Below the pieces are notes generated by a model. It was not told where the DNA came from. It worked only from the letters and a program-made list of their open reading frames with translations, and did no database searches. Made by a program: the position numbers and the translations under genes. 64,000 nt of DNA, taken from positions 23,500,001 to 23,564,000 of the forward strand of contig OZ076409.1 of NCBI GenBank assembly GCA_964187785.1. The letters run 5' to 3'. Positions 1 to 13,800 of this stretch are shown one piece after another. The stretch comes from Amphiscolops sp. MND2022. Its lineage: Eukaryota. How positions within the stretch are numbered: the first letter of the stretch is position 1; every line of letters begins with the position of its first letter.

Positions 1-780
1 TCATCATTTTGTTCTGTTTCACTGGATTTCATGAGTTCGTTTAGATACATGTGTGTGTCATCAGGGTCTTCTAGCAGTTTGAGTGCAGCGGCGTCAACTG
101 GTCGAATTTGTTTCGTGTCTTCAGGTTTGAGGATTTGTAGTTCCGCCAGTTTTGTATGGTTCTTTATTGTGTGAGGGAAGTCCGTCAAGTTGGCGATTCT
201 GATGTTGAGTCTTTTATTGTAGGCGGTCGCTAACGCTGGTGCTACGATGATTGTCGCTGTTTCGTCGAATAGTGGTAGTTGTTGTACCGCACCAGTGACG
301 TCATTCAAGTTTGTGGTGATTACTATCGCGTTCACTGTTGTTGTTTGTTGGAGTAACAGCGTTTGATACCCTTCTGCCATTATTTGAAGCGTTTTTGGAT
401 TGCAATTTTTCATTTTGTCTGTCATAGCTAATGTCATTTCGACGTGTGGGAAATTGATTGTCCCATTGGCTGTGTCAATTACTGCCTGGTGGTTTCTCAT
501 GAAATTCAGTCCTATGATTGGAAATAACGTTTTCGATAGGATGACGAATGTGTCCGTGAAGGTGTATGTTCCAATGTTGAATTGGATGTCCGCTGTGGCT
601 ATGGGTTGCTCTAATTGTGCGTTTGCGCATTCAATTTTGAAAGAGGGTTGAGGGTACTCCTCTATCACTATTCATTTTGATTGCATTATAATCTGACCAG
701 GACATGACGTTGATGAACGCGCCTGAGTCAACGAGTCCATCCATTGTTATTTCGCCAAATTCAAGTGGCAAATACAGCAT
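1..780 (-). pseudogene. pol: pol N-terminus: retropepsin protease followed by dUTPase-like linker (element A)
   Basis: Minus-strand translation MLYLPLEFGEITMDGLVDSGAFINVMS (DSG at 721-729); later NIRIANLTDFPHTIKNHTKLAELQIL; frame disrupted. Confidence 0.8.
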
Positions 781-1214
781 TCTGCGTCGTTTCTTGAGTA
801 CTATGGTCGAATGAAGTGGTATGCATGTTTCTCTTTCTCGATTACGTACTCTTTAATTGAATTAAGTGAGGCGGGGAAGTCGTCTGGGAAGATAGGTATC
901 TTGGTGGAGCCGTTAGTATTTTCCTTAGTTGGTTGAGACGGTGATTGATCGCGGGGGCGTTTTCGTTTTGTTCTACTTGTGTTGCGATGGACTGTTCTGT
1001 GATGATGGGGGAGCGCTAGTCAGGAAGGTTCATGTGTTGTTTATGGTCGCCTCTGTAGTCTTTATCTTGGGTGTAAAGTTTTCTTTGTTCGATTTGTGGA
1101 TGTGGTTTTCTTATAGAGGCGATTGCTTGTCGTCTCGGCCAATCCTCCGTTGGGGTGCCATTGCATTCGATTGTTGTATCATTTCCGTATGTGGTAGGGG
1201 GACCATCCGTTGAA

Positions 1215-1270
1215 TACGCCCTCGCGTCTACTGTTTCCCCGAAGCGCAGGCGCGGCGTAATTAGTTTTTT
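1215..1270 (-). promoter_or_regulatory. putative -1 ribosomal frameshift signal (A AAA AAC, gag stop, stem-loop)
   Basis: Minus strand TCA AAA AAC TAA followed by TACGCC-GCG...CGC-GAG-GGCGTA hairpin. Confidence 0.7.
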
Positions 1271-2702
1271 GAGTCGTCGACAGAAGTAGCTGTCGTTGGT
1301 TGGACGGAGTTATCCGTCTTTCGTTCTTGTGTAGGATGACGCTCAGGTCGCGGATCATTGGCAGAGTTGGCTCCATTCCAGCAACCGTTTTGTGTGGTTT
1401 GCGGCAAGCGTCGCATTTGAGCGGTCTGCCTGTACTGTTGTTAGCTTGTCCGTTATTTTTCCTGGTTTGCAGCCATTTAGATCGTTTCATTTTCCTGCAT
1501 TCGGCTTTGAAGTGCCCAAATTTAATGCAATAGAAGCAGTATTCTGTTTTGGTGTTCTGCGTAGTGTTTTCACCTTGCTTCAGCTCATTTTTCGTTTGGG
1601 TTGGTTCTATTTTATTTAGGGGTATCAGAGTCACCTCGTCCGGCGCTCCAAGGCCGTTAAGCCGCATTTCTCTTTCTAAGTGGAGCACTATATCGTTATA
1701 GGGTTTGTCCTCAAGGTACGCTCTATTGAGTATTTTCTTGGCGTGATCGGGCATTTTCGCGAAAATTGCCTTCTCAATGAATTGTTGGGCTTCCGATCCA
1801 AAGGCCTCTTTTGCTGTTTTTTGGAGTACATTCAAAATTTTGTGGAGTTTTTGTGTCGAGGGATCGAGTTTATGCGCGTCCCATTCACATCTGGCTTTTG
1901 CCATTGACAAGTAGTGGCCAAATCGACGCTTGAAAATTGTCATTATTTTGTCTAACGAGTCTTTTTTTGAGTCCTCTATATTGCAGAACGCTTGCAGGGC
2001 ATCTCCTCTGAGTAGGAAGTGGAAGTAGTTTATTTTTTGGATTTCCGTAAGATGCGGGTACATTTTTATGTTGTTACGGAAAAGGTCCTCGAAAAGCTCG
2101 AATTTTTTCGTTTTCCCGTCGAAAGTTGGGAGTGATGCCGTTAGAGCTTTTGGCATGGGCAACGCAGTGGTTTCGTTATTATCTGGTGCGAACAGAGTTC
2201 TTGCCATGACCGGGCGTTCTTTTGACGACGGTTGGCTTTGAAACCGTGCTTTTGTTCTTTTGGCTTGGTTGGTGGAGTCGGTTGAAACTCCTGTCACCAT
2301 GTTACGACTACTACACGGGTCGTTATTTTGGGTAGAATTAATTCTGACCGATTTTGAAGGAGTATAGAAGCTCCTTGTTTTGTTTTCTGTTGCTTCTACG
2401 GAGTTATCTCTTGCATTTTCTTTTGTTTCAGGAGGTTTTAGAAGTTTCACCATTTCCTTTTGGGACTCAATGAGGAGATTCGTGATCTCGGACGTGATCT
2501 CCTCCTTTAAAGATGCTCTTAAACTCTCCAAAAAGCTATTACTTATCCCAGGGGATTTTGGTCCCGACGGACCTGCCACGTCGACATCCTGGTTCGGGGA
2601 ATGAGAATTTTCTACAGCTATTGGTGAAACAAAACCCTCACTTACGTTATCATCAGCTTCTCGCTGGGTGTTTTTCCTCTTCTGGCTCCTTGTAGTTGAC
2701 GT
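1261..2702 (-). pseudogene. gag: gag of element A (begins inside the 5' LTR)
   Basis: ORF 1179..2762 has LPTFDGK..FELFEDLF..INYFH..LRGDAL and CFYCIKFGHFKAEC; start is ACG at 2702 where the homologous LTR E has ATG; frameshift near second knuckle. Confidence 0.85.
2288..2299 (-). promoter_or_regulatory. primer binding site TGGTGACAGGAG (tRNA-Leu-like)
   Basis: Immediately follows LTR end ...GTCGTAACA; identical 12-mer follows the 5' LTR of element D (56776-56787). Confidence 0.75.
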
Positions 2703-4819
2703 TTTTGATGAAGAAAGTTTGATTTCCAAAGAATTCAGTTTTATCTTTCTGGTTTTCAACAAAGTTGAGATTAGAACGAGATTAAAGCAAAAGTTGAGAA
2801 CAACTGAATTTTACAGCTCGAAAAGGACTGAGTCCCTTAGCACTAGCAATCCATCATATTTATACCCTCCTAGCATCATTTGATCACGAATAAACCCCTA
2901 ATTTTCCTCGAACATCTAGTCACTTCCTGTATTATCAATGAAAAATTCCTTTTGTTCCCAAATTTGCGTCGACTATTCGTCAAATTTTGAGACACGACGA
3001 TTTTAAACTAGTATTAGTCATCAACCATGATCATATCATTTCATTCCGGCGTCCTTTCGTTTCCTCCCAGGCTGGAAGTAGATATTACTTCAGTCTGTCA
3101 AACCGGAAATATTCCCGTTTTACTGCTTCGATTCGTAAGAAACTAACGCTGGGATGACGCTGACGTGAACAACTAATACCTGATATTGAATATTCACTTG
3201 GAGAAAATGCTTTGACTAATGTTTTCAACATTGGAATTTCCACTGATGCTAGGAAAGGATAATAGCAAGATTATAGAATTAGCAACAATTTCCAAATTAA
3301 CTCCACACTGACTGATTATTATTTAACGGAAAAAATGCAACGGAACATTGACGTTTGAATGAATTAGAAAGCTAGATTATTTAATCTGGAATTCTAATCT
3401 CGGTCATTGGTATTTCGACCAAAAGTGCTATTTAGCGACATAATGTCGTCAATTTACTATTTACACACGTCAACAACACACTGACAACAGGTATTACTTC
3501 ACACATATAGTAATATTCTTGAACACAAAACATCTGACGACATAACGTCGACACTTCACAAGTTAATCAAAGAAACAAAAACTTCAAATTCTTTTAACAC
3601 TCAACTTCAACATTACAGAACGTATAGTAGCAACGTAGGTCAAGTACTTATGGCGCAATACATATGAGCAATGCTCTTCATCAATTTGATTTAGTACAAG
3701 AATTTTGAATAGGTAACTGCTTGATCCTTGAGTGGACAACGACATGCCATCGTCCAAATGAGCAATATAAGAAATACAACTCATACATTGGGTAGTATAA
3801 GATACGAAAGCACAAACATGTTAAAATACGTTTCCAATACGAAAATACATCCAATCTATCTTATTAATATCATAAACTGTGACTTTCATTTATATTATCT
3901 GAAAAATTCCATTTCAGAATGAAATCTTAACGTGGTTTAAATCAGTAATTTATTTAATTTAAACTATTTGACGGACGGATGGCGCTGAATTCGAAATCTC
4001 TCATTATTTCCCTTGTTAAGTTAGCATACAATTCAAACGCATTCCTTGCAGCAATTCGTTAGGATAGTGTTCATTTTGTCATTTTGGATGGACTAAGAAG
4101 CTTATTTCGATGGATTTCGGACGTAACGTGGACGTAGGTATTAGTATTAGACTTAGTCTACCAATATAGCGGACGTGGCGTAGACGTAAATTTGGAATGG
4201 AAGCTAGCTAGCTGCCATAGCTGTGACGTCATATCGTCGTCTGATTTAGAATACTTTCTAACTAGCTAACTAGTTTGTGACGGAGTGCTGACCTAACGAT
4301 TATAGTAATATTTGAAGGTACCGCTAAAACTTGTTTACTCAGCAACGAGATATCGTCCTATTCTACATTAATTGCTGTTCAAAATGCAATTAAGTTGTCT
4401 TTTCTTAGAAGATACGTAAATATTTCGGCGTGCCATCTCAAAGTAATTTCTGTTTTGGATCTGATTGATGTTCTTTGTCAGGGAAGTTTTTGGATATGTT
4501 TTTTTTAGATCGGTCTATGATCCTTTATTCTAGGAGTGTTTTAATTTTTAGTTTTCAGGTGGCGAATGTTCCTTTCTGACGCGACAAAAGCGTCTTGCCG
4601 GAAATGCGTGAAATCATTTTAGCTTATTTTTTTTCTTGCTCTCATTTTCATTTAAAATTTGCGCCAAACGTACCTACATTTGTGTTTCTAGTCACAGCGT
4701 ATTAAGTTTTAAAGTTAGAATGTTAAGTTACCATTTCGGGAAGCGTAGATTGCATCCATGTCCCCTCCCGATTGCAATTCGCCTGCAAGTACATCCCAAA
4801 CCGGGAGCGGGTTGTGACA
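2300..4819 (-). repeat. long 5' LTR (2520 bp) of element A
   Basis: Termini TGTCACAAC...GTCGTAACA; same termini bound the homologous 59492-61975 LTR; TATA-like TATAAAT near 2860 on minus strand. Confidence 0.85.
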
Positions 4820-7800
4820 CCAATTCATTGCAAAATATGAAAAATTTTGAAGGAGGGAACCTTTGGAGGCATTAAAAAGTTTTCGAAAACAAGTCTCACA
4901 GTGCCGCAAAAAAATCCAAAAGGTTACCCTTTAGTTTTGTCTGGTTTTGTATGTTACGATAAAAATGCAGCAAATGAAAGGGGGACTCTTCGCACTAAGT
5001 TGCGGTTTGGCTGGCCGGTTCTGTAGTTTAGTAGTTTCTGTAAAAATTTCTTTTACGGATACGGATTGTTTTTTGACAAAAAAGAGAAAACCTGCCACTC
5101 TATCAGTCGCACTCATTTTGTTGAAATGCGCAGACTAAAAACCAGCCGGTAACGGCCCAAGTCGATGCCATTTTTTATTTGCAATGCCAAAAAACCCAAA
5201 CGGAGACCCATTGAATTCGCAAAACGTTTTCCCCAAGCCTAAAACATTCGAATAAGTGAAGCGTACCACTTTACCGAGGGAATTCTTTCAAAAAAAAGAC
5301 ACAGTATCAAAATAGCCGTATGTCTTTCCACAATTATTGGGAAAACACCCAATAGTCCTGAACTGGACTGAAAAAAATCAGAGGTTACTCGTAAGGCTGA
5401 GAAAACGGTTTTGATCAAGCGAAAGTCTCTCAAAAACCGAAAATTTGAGGAAGAAAAAACCTTTTATTTCGAAAAAGTTTTCCCGATAAATGTCTCTGGT
5501 AAATCGCATAATACCGAAACCCCTGAGTCTTCTATGCCCGCAAAACGTATCGTTTTGAACAGAAACCGATCGAGGGGAAAACGAATTAAAAGGAACGCGT
5601 GGAAAAAACGCCGTAAGAAAAAACTGCAAAACTCGGATATGGGGTGCCGGGTCAGTGCGAAAAACTAAGTTCAGACAAAAAATGAAAATTTTCTGTCTCA
5701 TAGTGCCAAAAAACGTAAAAAGGGATTCTTTGGGCTTTCCTGATATCGAACTTGTTGCAAAATAGCAAAAAATTGACGGAGACGTTAGAAAACGTTCGAA
5801 AAAAATCCTCACAGAGCTGAAAAAATTCAAAAAGTGGCACACTTTAGTCTGTGAATATAAAACAACTATGGATGAGAAAAGAGGGAACTTCCTAATTTGC
5901 AGCCCTGTAATCGAGGCATGCAATAGCGCAAAAACTACGAGTTCATTCGGTGAACGTTTTTTTTGCTTCGAGAGCATTTTTCATGGTCCTTTCTCTGAAA
6001 ATCTTTATAGCCAAAAATTGTAAATTTTTCAACCCCTTCGGCAATCGAAAGTAATGTCAAAAGTGATTGAACAAAAATTTTTAGTCGGCGTTTTTGTAAA
6101 CAGAGCAGATTATGGTTATGACATTTTTAAATACCAACAAATTGACAGAATAGTTCCACCAAAGATTCTTCAATTTTGGCAAAAAACTTTTTGGCCAACT
6201 ACATGTTACATTTAAGCTGCAAAGAAGTCCCCTTCGACAACAACGAAATCCATGCTGGACTTTGCGAAAACCAGATGTAAGGAATTCCTCATATAACGAA
6301 TACCGGATATAACGTTTTCTGGAGATTTTTTCAATGTTACAAAAAGGCCCCATTTCGATTTTTAGGATGTTTAAGGTTAAAACAAAATAATTTGAAACCA
6401 AATGGCCCCTTTCGGATTTTTGTTTGGTTTTGTGGACTTTTCATTTTGACCGAACAGCTGTTTTTTCTCAAACTATTTTTTCTACAGCTATTGGTGAAAC
6501 AAAACCCTCACTTACGTTATCATCAGCTTCTCGCTGGGTGTTTTTCCTCTTCTGGCTCCTTGTAGTTGACGTTTTTGATGAAGAAAGTTTGATTTCCAAA
6601 GAATTCAGTTTTATCTTTCTGGTTTTCAACAAAGTTGCGATTAGAACGAGATTAAAGCAAAAGTTGAGAACAACTGAATTTTACAGCTCGAAAAGGACTG
6701 AGTCCCTTAGCACTAGCAATCCATCATATTTATACCCTCCTAGCATCATTTGATCACGAATAAACCCCTAATTTTCCTCGAACATCTAGTCACTTCCTGT
6801 ATTATCAATGAAAAATTCATTTTGTTCCCAAATTTGCGTCGACTATTCGTCAAATTTTGAGACACGACGATTTTAAACTAGTATTAGTCATCAACCATGA
6901 TCATATCATTTCATTCCGGCGTCCTTTCGTTTCCTCCCAGGCAGGAAGTAGATATTACTTCAGTCTGTCAAACCGGAAATATTTCCCGTTTTACTGCTTC
7001 GATTCGTAAGAAACTAACGCTGGGATGACGCTGACGTGAACAACTAATACCTGATTTTGAATATTCACTTGGAGAAAATGCTATGACTAATGTTTTCAAC
7101 ATTGGAATTTCCACTGATGCTAGGAAAGGATAATAGCAAGATTTTAGAATTAGCAACAATTTCCAAATTAACTCCACACTGAGTGATTATTGATTAACGG
7201 AAAAAATGCAACGGAACATTGACGTTTGAATGAATTGGAAAGCTAGATTATTTAATCCGGAATTCTAATCTCGGTCATTGGTATTTCGACCAAAAGTGCT
7301 ATTTAGCGGCATAATGTCGTCAATTTACTATTTACACACGTCAACAACACACTGACAACAGGTATTACTTCACACATATAGTAATATTCTTGAACACAAA
7401 AAATCTGACGACATAACGTCGACATTTCACAAGTTAATCAAAGAAACAAAAACTTCAAATCCTTTTAACACTCAACTTCAACATTACAGAACGTATAGTA
7501 GCAACGTAGGTCAAGTACTTATGGCCCAATACATATGAGCAATTCTCTCCATCAATTTGATTTAGTACAAGAATTTTGAATAGGTAACTGCTTGATCCTG
7601 GAGTGGACAACGACATGCCATCGTCCAAATGAGCAATATAAGAAATACAACTCATACATTGGGTAGTATAAGATACGAAAGCACAAACATGTTAAAATAC
7701 GTTTCCAATACGAAAATACCTCCAATCTATCTTATTAATATCATAAACTGTGACTTTCATTTATATTAACTGAAAAATTCCATTTCAGAATGAAATCTTA

Positions 7801-10800
7801 ACGAGGTTTAAATCAGTAATTTTTTTAATTTAACCTATTTGACGGACGGATGGCGCTGAATTCGAAATCTCTCATTATTTCCCTTGTTAAGTTAGCATAC
7901 AATTCAAACGCATTCCTTGCAGCAATTCGTTAGGATAGTGTTCATTTTGTCATTTTGGATGGACTAAGAAGCCTATTTCGATGGATTTCGGATGTAACGT
8001 GGACGTAGGTATTAGTATTGGACTTAGTCTACCAATATAGCGGACGTGGCGTAGACGTAAATTTGGAATGGAAGCTAGCTAGCTGCCATAGCTGTGACGT
8101 CATATCGTCGTCTGATTTAGAATACTTTCTAACTAGCTAACTAGTTTACGAGATATTGTCCTATTCTACATTAATTGCTGTTCAAAATGCAATTAAGTTG
8201 TCTTTTCTTAGAAGATACGTAAATATTTCGGCGTGCCATCTCAAAGAAATTTCTGTTTTGGATCTGATTGATGTTCTTTGTCAGGGAAGTTTTTGGATAT
8301 GTTTTTTTTAGATCGGTCTATGATCCTTTATTCTAGGAGTGTTTTAATTTTTAGTTTTCAGGTGGCGAATGTTCCTTTCTGACGCGACAAAAGCGTCTTG
8401 CCGGAAATGCGTGAAATCATTTTAGCTTATTTTTTTTTCTTGCTCTCATTTTCATTTAAAATTTGCGCCAAACGTACCTACATTTGTGTTTCTAGTCACA
8501 GCGTATTAAGTTTTAAAGTTAGAATGTTAAGTTACCATTTCGGGAAGCGTAGATTGCATCCATGTCCCCTCCCGATTGCAATTCGCCTGCAAGTACATCC
8601 CAAACCGGGAGCGGGTTGTGACACCAATTCATTGCAAAATATGAAAAATTTTGAAGGAGGGAACCTTTGGAGGCATTAAAAAGTTTTCGAAAACAAGTCT
8701 CACAGTGCCGCAAAAAAATCCAAAAGGTTACCCTTTAGTTTTGTCTGGTTTTGTATGTTACGGTAAAAATGCAGCAAATGAAAGGGGGACTCTTCGCACT
8801 AAGTTGCGGTTTGGCTGGCCGGTTCTGTAGTTTAGTAGTTTCTGTAAAAATTTCTTTTACGGATACGGATTGTTTTTTGACAAAAAAGAGAAAACCTGCC
8901 ACTCTATCAGTCGCACTCATTTTGTTGAAATGCGCAGACTAAAAACCAGCCGGTAACGGCCCAAGTCGATGCCATTTTTTATTTGCAATGCCAAAAAACC
9001 CAAACGGAGACCCATTGAATTCGCAAAACGTTTTCCCCAAGCCTAAAACATTCGAATAAGTGAAGCGTACCACTTTATCGAGGGAATTCTTTCGAAAAAA
9101 AACACAGTATCAAAATAGCCGTGTATGTCTTTCCACAATTATTGGGAAAACACCCAATAGTCCTGAACTGGACTGAAAAAAATCAGAGGTTACTCGTAAG
9201 GCTGAGAAAACGGTTTTGATCAAGCGAAAGTCTCTCAAAAACCGAAAATTTGAGGAAGAAAAAACCTTTTATTTCGAAAAAGTTTTCCTGATAAATGTCT
9301 CTGGTAAATCGCATAATACCGAAACCCCTGAGTCTTCTATGCCCGCAAAACGTATCGTTTTGAACAGAAACCGATCGAGGGGAAAACGAATTAAAAGGAA
9401 CGCGTGGAAAAAACGCCGTAAGAAAAAACTGCAAAACTCGGATATGGGGTGCCGGGTCAGTGCGAAAAACTAAGTTCAGACAAAAAATGAAAATTTTCTG
9501 TCTCATAGTGCCAAAAAACGTAAAAAGGGATTCTTTGGGCTTTCCTGATATCGAACTTGTTGCAAAATAGCAAAAAATTGACGGAGACGTTAGAAAACGT
9601 TCGAAAAAAATCCTCACAGAGCTGAAAAAATTCAAAAAGTGGCACACTTTAGTCTGTGAATATAAAACAACTATGGATGAGAAAAGAGGAAACTTCCTAA
9701 TTTGCAGCCCTGTAATCGAGGCATGCAATAGCGCAAAAACTACGAGTTCTTTTGATGAACGTTTTTTTGCTTCGAGAGCAGTTTTCATGGTCCTTCCTCT
9801 GAAAATCTTTATAGCCAAAAATTGTAAATTTTTCAACCCCTTCGGCAATCGAAAGTAATGTCAAAAGTGATTGAACAAAAATTTTTAGTCGGCGTTTTCG
9901 TAAACAGAGCAGATTATGATTATGACATTTTTAAATACCAACAAATTGACAGAATAGTTCCACCAAAGATTCTTCAATTTTGGCAAAAAACTTTTTGGCC
10001 AACTACATGTTACATTTAAGCTGCAAAGAAGTCCCCTTCGACAACAACGAAATCCATGCTGGATTTTGCGAAAACCAGATGTAAGGAATTCCTGATATAA
10101 CGAATACCGGATATAACGTTTTCTGGAGATTTTTTCAATGTTACAAAAAGGCCCCATTTCGATTTTTAGGATGTTTAAGGTTAAAACAAAATAATTTGAA
10201 ACCAAATGGCCCCTTTCGGATTTTTGTTTGGTTTTGTGGACTTTTCATTTTGACCGAACAGCTGTTTTTTCTCAAACTATTTTTTCTACAGCTAATGGTG
10301 AAACAAAACCCTCACTTACGTTATCATCAGCTTCTCGCTGGGTGTTTTTCCTCTTCTGGCTCCTTGTAGTTGACGTTTTTGATGAAGAAAGTTTGATTTC
10401 CAAAGAATTCAGTTTTATCTTTCTGGTTTTCAACAAAGTTGCGATTAGAACGAGATTAAAGCAAAAGTTGAGAACAACTGAATTTTACAGCTCGAAAAGG
10501 ACTGAGTCCCTTAGCACTAGCAATCCATCATATTTATACCCTCCTAGCATCATTTGATCACGAATAAACCCCTAATTTTCCTCGAACATCTAGTCACTTC
10601 CTGTATTATCAATGAAAAATTCATTTTGTTCCCAAATTTGCGTCGACTATTTGTCAAATTTTGAGACACGACGATTTTAAACTAGTATTAGTCATCAACC
10701 ATGATCATATCATTTCATTCCGGCGTCCTTTCGTTTCCTCCCAGGCAGGAAGTAGATATTACTTCAGTCTGTCAAACCGGAAATATTTCCCGTTTTACTG

Positions 10801-13800
10801 CTTCGATTCGTAAGAAACTAACGCTGGGATGACGCTGACGTGAACAACTAATACCTGATTTTGAATATTCACTTGGAGAAAATGCTATGACTAATGTTTT
10901 CAACATTGGAATTTCCACTGATGCTAGGAAAGGATAATAGCAAGATTTTAGAATTAGCAACAATTTCCAAATTAACTCCACACTGAGTGATTATTAATTA
11001 ACGGAAAAAATGCAACGGAACATTGACGTTTGAATGAATTGGAAAGCTAGATTATTTAATCCGGAATTCTAATCTCGGTCATTGGTATTTCGACCAAAAG
11101 TGCTATTTAGCGACATAATGTCGTCAATTTACTATTTACACACGTCAACAACACACTGACAACAGGTATTACTTCACACATATAGTAATATTCTTGAACA
11201 CAAAAAATCTGACGACATAACGTCGACATTTCACAAGTTAATCAAAGAAACAAAAACTTCAAATCCTTTTAACACTCAACTTCAACATTACAGAACGTAT
11301 AGTAGCAACGTAGGTCAAGTACTTATGGCCCAATACATATGAGCAATTCTCTTCATCAATTTGATTTAGTACAAGAATTTTGAATAGGTAACTGCTTGAT
11401 CCTGGAGTGGACAACGACATGCCATCGTCCAAATGAGCAATATAAGAAATACAACTCATACATTGGGTAGTATAAGATACGAAAGCACAAACATGTTAAA
11501 ATACGTTTCCAATACGAAAATACCTCCAATCTATCTTATTAATATCATAAACTGTGTCTTTCATTTATATTATCTGAAAAATTCCATTTCAGAATGAAAT
11601 CTTAACGAGGTTTAAATCAGTAATTTATTTAATTTAACCTATTTGACGGACGGATGGCGCTGAATTCGAAATCTCTCATTATTTCGCTTGTTAAGTTAGC
11701 ATACAATTCAAACGCATTCCTTGCAGCAATTCGTTAGGATAGTGTTCATTTTGTCATTTTGGATGGACTAAGAAGCCTATTTCGATGGATTTCGGATGTA
11801 ACGTGGACGTAGGTATTAGTATTGGACTTAGTCTACCAATATAGGGGACGTGGCGTAGACGTAAATTTGGAATGGAAGCTAGCTAGCTGCCATAGCTGTG
11901 ACGTCATATCGTCGTCTGATTTAGAATAGTTTCTAACTAGCTAACTAGTTTGTGACGGAGTGCTGACCTAACGATTATAGTAATATTTGAAGGTACCGCT
12001 AAAACTTGTTTACTAAGCAACGAGATATCGTCCTATTCTACATTAATTGCTGTTCAAAATGCAATTAAGTTGTCTTTTCTTAGAAGATACGTAAATATTT
12101 CGGCGTGCCATCTCAAAGTAATTTCTGTTTTGGATCTGATTGATGTTCTTTGTCAGGGAAGTTTTTGGATATGTTTTTTTTAGATCGGTCTATGATCCTT
12201 TATTCTAGGAGTGTTTTAATTTTTAGTTTTCAGGTGGCGAATGTTCCTTTCTGACGCGACAAAAGCGTCTTGCCGGAAATGCGTGAAATCACTTTAGCTT
12301 ATTTTTTTTTCTTGCTCTCATTTTCAATTAAAATTTGCGCCAAACGTACCTACATTTGTGTTTCTAGTCACAGCGTATTAAGTTTTAAAAGTTAGAATGT
12401 TAAGTTACCATTTCGGGAAGCGTAGATTGCATCCATGTCCCCTCCCGATTGCAATTCGCCTGCAAGTACATCCCAAACCGGGAGCGGGTTGTGACACCAA
12501 TTCATTGCAAAATATGGAAAATTTTGAAGGAGGGAACCTTTGGAGGCATTAAAAAGTTTTCGAAAACAAGTCTCACAGTGCCGCAAAAAAATCCAAAAGG
12601 TTACCCTTTAGTTTTGTCTGGTTTTGTATGTTACGGTAAAAATGCAGCAAATGAAAGGAGGACTCTTCGCACTAAGTTGCGGTTTGGCTGGCCGGTTCTG
12701 TAGTTTAGTAGTTTCTGTAAAAATTTCTTTTACGGATACGGATTGTTTTTTGACAAAAAAGAGAAAACCTGCCACTCTATCAGTCGCACTCATTTTGTTG
12801 AAATGCGCAGACTAAAAACCAGCCGGTAACGGCCCAAGTCGATGCCATTTTTTATTTGCAATGCCAAAAAACCCAAACGGAGACCCATTGAATTCGCAAA
12901 ACGTTTTCCCCAAGCCTAAAACATTCGAATAAGTGAAGCGTACCACTTTATCGAGGGAATTCTTTCGAAAAAAAACACAGTATGAAAATAGCCGTGTATG
13001 TCTTTCCACAATTATTGGGAAAACACCCAATAGTCCTGAACTGGACTGAAAAAAATCAGAGGTTACTCGTAAGGCTGAGAAAACTGTTTTGATCAAGCGA
13101 AAGTCTCTCAAAAACCGAAAATTTGAGGAAGAAAAAACCTTTTATTTCGAAAAAGTTTTCCCGATAAATGTCTCTGGTAAATCGCATAATACCGAAACCC
13201 CTGAGTCTTCTATGCCCGCAAAACGTATCGTTTTGAACAGAAACCGATCGAGGGGAAAACGAATTAAAAGGAACGCGTGGAAAAAACGCCGTAAGAAAAA
13301 ACTGCAAAACTCGGATATGGGGTGCCGGGTCAGTGCGAAAAACTAAGTTCAGACAAAAAATGAAAATTTTCTGTCTCATAGTGCCAAAAAACGTAAAAAG
13401 GGATTCTTTGGGCTTTCCTGATATCGAACTTGTTGCAAAATAGCAAAAAATTGACGGAGACGTTAGAAAACGTTCGAAAAAAATCCTCACAGAGCTGAAA
13501 AAATTCAAAAAGTGGCACACTTTAGTCTGTGAATATAAAACAACTATGGATGAGAAAAGAGGAAACTTCCTAATTTGCAGCCCTGTAATCGAGGCATGCA
13601 ATAGCGCAAAAACTACGAGTTCTTTCGGTGAACGTTTTTTTTGCTTCGAGAGCATTTTTCATGGTCCTTTCTCTGAAAATCTCTATAGCCAAAAATAGTA
13701 AATTTTTCAATCCCTTCGGCAATCGAAAGTAATGTCAAAAGTGATTGAACAAAAATTTTTAGTCGGCGTTTCTGTAAACAGAGCAGATTATGATTATGAC

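Larger units (their letters stand above)
1..4819 (-). mobile_element. Ty3/gypsy LTR retrotransposon A (5' part; continues beyond left edge)
   Basis: 5' LTR 2300-4819, PBS, gag with CCHC knuckle, slippery site, then aspartic protease LVDSGA; runs off window. Confidence 0.9.

Noticed and set aside
5378..6401. Recurrent ORFs of 85-221 aa in each array unit
   Set aside because: Low-complexity F/K-rich translations of non-coding Helentron-like repeats; they recur only because of the tandem duplication
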